A DNA stretch of 64,000 nucleotides, taken from NCBI GenBank assembly GCA_963662275.1, contig OY759316.1, positions 2,272,001 to 2,336,000 on the forward strand. The letters are read 5' to 3'. Shown one piece after another: positions 59,394 to 64,000 of the stretch. This stretch comes from Candidatus Cloacimonadales bacterium (lineage in GTDB: Bacteria; Cloacimonadota; Cloacimonadia; Cloacimonadales; DAONDQ01). The translations under genes were made by a program, and so were the position numbers. Below the pieces are notes generated by a model that was not told the DNA's origin, did no database searches, and saw only the letters and a list, made by a program, of their open reading frames with translations. Position 1 is the stretch's first letter. Every line of letters begins with the position of its first letter.

Positions 59394-60051
59394 ATTCTGT
59401 TTGTATTAGATATTTTATCTTTTGGAAATGATCTGTATAATAATCCGCTTGTTCACATATCTGGTCATATTCTTTCCTTGAGAATTCATCTTTGATAGCA
59501 ACTACTTGCATACCCGCTGCTTTTCCTGCCTGGACTCCCTGGAGAGAATCTTCTATCACAAGACACTTCCCAGGTTCAATTCCCAGCATTTGTGCTGTTT
59601 TCAGATAAATATCCGGAAACGGCTTTCCATGTTCAACTTCGGAACCGGTTACAATATATTGAAAATATGGTAATAACTGATGTCTACCCAAGACACTTTC
59701 TGTCAGGAAAATTGAATTGCTGGTACCAATTGCCATCGGGATGGATTTATCCTGTAAGTATTGAAGTAAGTCAGCTACTCCATCTTTCACAGGGATATGA
59801 TGTAAGTAATATTCAACAACCTGTTCCGTCCATTCTTTCATGATTTCTTCGATTGTATCTGTCAGTTGAAAGCGATCCTTGAAATGCTGGGCAAGTCCTT
59901 GAAAATTGTTCCCGGTACTCATATCTTCAAATAGATCAGCAGGAACATCAATATTACGCCTTCCTAGAAAGACTTTATCCACATCTTCCCATATTCCCAT
60001 GGAGTCAATGAGAGTTCCATCCAAATCAAAAATAACAGCTTCTATTTTCAT
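59383..60051 (-). CDS. HAD-family phosphatase
   Basis: FDLDGTLIDS, GKP.PDIY, EDS..GV.AG. Confidence 0.92.
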   Translation of the reverse strand: MKIEAVIFDLDGTLIDSMGIWEDVDKVFLGRRNIDVPADLFEDMSTGNNFQGLAQHFKDRFQLTDTIEEIMKEWTEQVVEYYLHHIPVKDGVADLLQYLQDKSIPMAIGTSNSIFLTESVLGRHQLLPYFQYIVTGSEVEHGKPFPDIYLKTAQMLGIEPGKCLVIEDSLQGVQAGKAAGMQVVAIKDEFSRKEYDQICEQADYYTDHFQKIKYLIQTEFEV

Positions 60052-60386
60052 AAATTACCTCATATTCAACATTTTATCAATCATGCTCCTCGTCAATGAA
60101 TAAACATTTGAAGAAGCTTGGTTGGTAACGAAAAAAGGAATCGGTAACACAATTGCTTTAAAATGATATTCAGAGATTTGATAATGCGTTAGTAGCATCT
60201 GCTCATAGATTATCTTTATTTCATTATCCACCAAATATCTAAATCTAACCTGTCCACCAAAATCCTGATTTTTGATCACTAGTATAATAGATCTTCGTGT
60301 GTCCGGAAACTGGAATGTCAAATATAATAGGACATCTGTATGATGACCCTGGTATTTCTAACAAAATTTGTACAATAGGAGATCAA

Positions 60387-63300
60387 ATGAAAAGAATCTT
60401 TTTCCTTATGTTGATTGTATCCTTAGGTTTTTCTGCTTATGCCATATCTCATTTTACACCTGTTTCAGAAAGAGAAGATATATTAAGCAAATACCACATA
60501 ATCGTTACTGCAGTTGATAGTACTGGCAATATTTATGCGAATTCTCGTTATTCAAATGCAAGCGTATATTTCGATGTTCCTAAGTATGCTTTAGATATCG
60601 ACGGATATGATGCCACTTCTTTCAAAATTTGTTGGAACGAACAAGATACTTGGAGCGATTCCTTTTATTTTAATTTACAGGATTCATTATCTGTTGTTTT
60701 TCTATCGCATTTTTATCGCGAAGTATCTTCTAATACACCTGAGCTTCATTATATCAGTTTACAAGTGGCTTATATTCCCAATGAGGAAAAAATCCCTGAG
60801 CATGAACCAGTTACTTATTATTTCAAGATTTATCTTACGTGTAATCCTGATCTGATTTTGTCAGATAATACTGGAAGAGATTTACTGCCACCAAACATAA
60901 TTTCTTTATACATGAGCAGCATAAATTATTTTCGCCGCACACCAGTAATTTTCATTAATGGATGTAATTTCTGGGATACTTTTGACCCGGAAGATACCGC
61001 TAATAGTAGTATTGTCTTTGAACCTTTAGACATCATGGCACATGATAATTTCCCTATTGATAATTGTCATTCGTTTATACCAAATGGTAGTAATCCTACA
61101 ACAGCAGTCGATTATTTCAGCTTTAATTATTCATGTTCAACTAATCAGATTGAGGATAATGCTGCTATCTTTGAACAAGCTCTAAGCGATATCGCAGGAT
61201 ATTATGCGGAATATTATCCCACTTCAATCATTGAAGGTTTTAATGTAGTTGGATTTTCCTTGGGTGGTTTGGTTGGTCGATATGCCTTAGCAGAATTGGA
61301 GGATCAAGGTTTACCAACATATACACGAACATTCATTTCTTATGATTCCCCGCAAAGAGGAGCTCAACTCAATCTGAATCTAATGACTTCACAATCAATA
61401 CGATTCCCATTATTTTCAGATTTTACAGTCGCAAAATCTCAGTTGCATGACTTAGTAAGAGACATGTTGAAAAAAGATGTTCTGAAACAGATAGTTCGCT
61501 CAAACCCATATGCTGATTATGATTATCAGAATGGATACAGTTGGGGAAATCCTAAGATCAATTATTTCACACCTAGCCGTGAATATCTGAAATTTTATGG
61601 AAAGCTGAACGAACCAGATAGGTTACTGGAAAACGCTAAACTACCATCAGAACCAATAACTCATCTTCTTAATGGTAATGGTTATCCCCATTCCCAAAAT
61701 AATATTTTGAACTATGGAATTGCAAATGGAATTACATCAGTTAATACAACGCATAATAACTTTCTTGATACCCAAACTTATGGGGTGGCATATGGTGATT
61801 TGCTCGGAACTCACTTCCAGAATACTCTAAATGGTGAAATAAACAAATCTGATGTGGATGGTTATCCTGGTTCGAAACCAGGTCCTATATCAGCGACACT
61901 TGGAGGCTTGCCAATTTTCTTAGGATATGATGATGGATTCCATAAAGTAATGCATATAACAGATGTTATAGGAGGCATTCATTTTTGGGCAGATGCAAAG
62001 ATTAAGCTTGAATATGCCCCAACCATTGTTCCGTTATATTCTTCCTTAGGCTTTCGTTATGAACCATATGATCAGATTAATGACATTAATGATGATAATG
62101 CATCAAATCCTACAGGTTATACCAGGCAAACGGATTTTAATGAAATACTGATTCAGAGTTGTGCTATAGCAGAGAATCATGGTGATTTAAATGAAGGAAC
62201 AAAAAACTGGATGTGGACAAAAATGTATTGGCGTGATGATCGTCATATAGGAAATATATCAGGGTCAATAACTTGCCCGACACTTGGGCAAGTCCCTTTG
62301 TATGCCCGACTTTTTCAGCCTGGTGTGGCTAATGTGGATTGGGGAATTGTCCCTATCGATTCTAGTGGTCATTTTTGTTTTAATGAGAGAAATTATGAAA
62401 TTTCAAATAGCCTCTACGAATTACGCATTGAAGGTGAAGGACTGGCAACTAAAATCTATCATGTTTCAAGCAGCTATCAACCAAATGGTGATAGAGTGTT
62501 AGCCCAAGTTTCTTACCAAATGGACATAGATACTGTTTGTACACATTTCTTGACTGTAGCTCCCAGCGGTGCTGATTATACAACGATTCAAGCTGCTGTT
62601 AATTACGCGCAAACTACAATTCGAGAAAACACACAAATCACAGTTTCTTTGGGAACATATGCTGCATTTGCGATAAATCCTCAAGTATCCAATCAGATAA
62701 TCAAAATAGTTGGTACAACCGGGTCAAATAATGCAATGTCTACTGTACAGGGTGCCTTAAATGCAAATTATCTTGTTAGTATTTCCGGCTTGAATAGAAA
62801 TACAATTATTCTTGAAAAAATACACTTTGAAAATGCTGTATGCGCGATTGCAGAATATGAAGGTTTGCCGAAAAACATCATAGTCGATCATTGTCTCTTT
62901 TTACATCAAAGTGATTATTCTATATTTACTTGTTCACCAACAATCGTGAAGAACTCTACGTTTAACCTGGGAAATGCTGATCTTACTCCTTCAGCAGGAG
63001 CAATTTGTACACTAGGTTATAGCGGGATTACAGGATTGGACTTAACACTTTACCCAAAAAATGTAATTCAAAACTGTATTTTTACTGGCAATCATTACGA
63101 TCATATTGTAAAAATTGGTTACTTAATGTCCGACCATGAGACTGACGGTACCAGACCACTCTTAAGTGCTGAAATTACAGGTAATTCATTCATTACTTCA
63201 GCGATTCATACACAAAATAGTCCTACTGTCTGCATCAATTGTATCCAGATAGCATCCGTGAAGCATGTTATCATTGAAGATAATATCATGTATAATACTA

Positions 63301-64000
63301 ATGATGAGAATACCTCTGGCTATAATCTTTGTGTTTTTAATCCATATGACTGGAATGATCCTTACACTTCCAATTGCTTGAGAATCATGAGTAATACAAT
63401 TTGGTATGCAAATGATGCCAATGGTAACGCACAAAACAATTTATCAGGAATCTATCTTTACGAATGCTTCGATAATACTCAGATCAAGAACAATGTGATC
63501 GCAAATATGGAAGATTATGGTATTGATTCATATTCTGATCTCACTAGTCCAGATTTTAATCTTAAATATAATGATATCTATCATTGTACTACAAACCTGG
63601 GAGGAATCTATACTAACAATCCGTTTTGGGCTGCCAATCATCTGATCAGTGTTGACCCAAAACTGAACCCCGCAACTGCTTCTCTAAATCCCTGTATGCC
63701 AAAATGGGATGCTGCTGTTCGCAGTCCCCTGATTGACAGCGGGGATCCAAATCTGACTGTACATGATTTGCACCCCGAACAGACAAGTACTGCTATCGTG
63801 AAAGACACCGATAATACTCCCCTTGATATTGGCGCAAAACCTAGTATTATAGCGCATATATATGAAAATTGGTCACTTCCTTACTCTACATCCAATTCCG
63901 GCTGGAATTGGAGAGGCTTACCTGTGATGGATATTTTGTATGTCCAGGGAAAGACAGTCAATGATGTATTTAATCCTGCTAATGAGGCATTTTCTAGTAT
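60387..64000 (+). CDS. large secreted alpha/beta-hydrolase + right-handed beta-helix protein (truncated by window end)
   Basis: AGGAG RBS, MKRIFFLMLIVSLGFSAYA signal peptide, GFSLGG elbow (61251-61268), SYDSPQRGA, VAPSGADYTTIQAAV, SPLIDSGDP; no stop found in the stretches I translated, and its absence from the ORF track fits a frame open to 64000. Confidence 0.88.
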   Translation, partial: MKRIFFLMLIVSLGFSAYAISHFTPVSEREDILSKYHIIVTAVDSTGNIYANSRYSNASVYFDVPKYALDIDGYDATSFKICWNEQDTWSDSFYFNLQDSLSVVFLSHFYREVSSNTPELHYISLQVAYIPNEEKIPEHEPVTYYFKIYLTCNPDLILSDNTGRDLLPPNIISLYMSSINYFRRTPVIFINGCNFWDTFDPEDTANSSIVFEPLDIMAHDNFPIDNCHSFIPNGSNPTTAVDYFSFNYSCSTNQIEDNAAIFEQALSDIAGYYAEYYPTSIIEGFNVVGFSLGGLVGRYALAELEDQGLPTYTRTFISYDSPQRGAQLNLNLMTSQSIRFPLFSDFTVAKSQLHDLVRDMLKKDVLKQIVRSNPYADYDYQNGYSWGNPKINYFTPSREYLKFYGKLNEPDRLLENAKLPSEPITHLLNGNGYPHSQNNILNYGIANGITSVNTTHNNFLDTQTYGVAYGDLLGTHFQNTLNGEINKSDVDGYPGSKPGPISATLGGLPIFLGYDDGFHKVMHITDVIGGIHFWADAKIKLEYAPTIVPLYSSLGFRYEPYDQINDINDDNASNPTGYTRQTDFNEILIQSCAIAENHGDLNEGTKNWMWTKMYWRDDRHIGNISGSITCPTLGQVPLYARLFQPGVANVDWGIVPIDSSGHFCFNERNYEISNSLYELRIEGEGLATKIYHVSSSYQPNGDRVLAQVSYQMDIDTVCTHFLTVAPSGADYTTIQAAVNYAQTTIRENTQITVSLGTYAAFAINPQVSNQIIKIVGTTGSNNAMSTVQGALNANYLVSISGLNRNTIILEKIHFENAVCAIAEYEGLPKNIIVDHCLFLHQSDYSIFTCSPTIVKNSTFNLGNADLTPSAGAICTLGYSGITGLDLTLYPKNVIQNCIFTGNHYDHIVKIGYLMSDHETDGTRPLLSAEITGNSFITSAIHTQNSPTVCINCIQIASVKHVIIEDNIMYNTNDENTSGYNLCVFNPYDWNDPYTSNCLRIMSNTIWYANDANGNAQNNLSGIYLYECFDNTQIKNNVIANMEDYGIDSYSDLTSPDFNLKYNDIYHCTTNLGGIYTNNPFWAANHLISVDPKLNPATASLNPCMPKWDAAVRSPLIDSGDPNLTVHDLHPEQTSTAIVKDTDNTPLDIGAKPSIIAHIYENWSLPYSTSNSGWNWRGLPVMDILYVQGKTVNDVFNPANEAFSS

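Noticed and set aside
60055..60321. 88-aa ORF upstream of the HAD gene
   Set aside because: TTG start, no RBS or motif; cannot be supported, though not excluded
1..64000. tRNA/rRNA genes, prophage, recoded stop codons
   Set aside because: None recognised by eye; long ORFs read normally with the standard bacterial code (tRNAscan not run)

Overview
AT-rich bacterial chromosomal window. The gene set and the secreted proteins with FlgD-Ig/T9SS-like C-terminal domains suggest an FCB-group anaerobe, probably Candidatus Cloacimonadota (inference, not verified). Housekeeping blocks: rimP-nusA-ylxR-L7Ae-infB-rbfA-nrnA-truB-ribF; exbB-exbD-tonB-folP-cdaA-coaE; peptidase-dapB-dapF-rodZ-like-lolC/E-lolD-tamB-like; secD-secF-rsmA; ndk. 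Between them lie secreted-protein and signalling genes. Main non-annotated signals: (1) a REP-associated tyrosine transposase with about 10 distinct GTAG-hairpin REP families across the window; (2) intergenic repeat clusters (about 31.0-32.2 kb and 49.6-52.5 kb) bracketed by inverted arrays of 7-bp units, one enclosing a truncated four-helix-bundle gene missing from the ORF track; (3) a 1861-bp IS with TIRs and an 8-bp TSD whose transposase start is out of frame at an A7 run; (4) a probable 6S RNA upstream of secD; (5) a >1200-aa secreted hydrolase/beta-helix gene running off the right edge, also absent from the ORF track. All calls are by eye; no searches were run.
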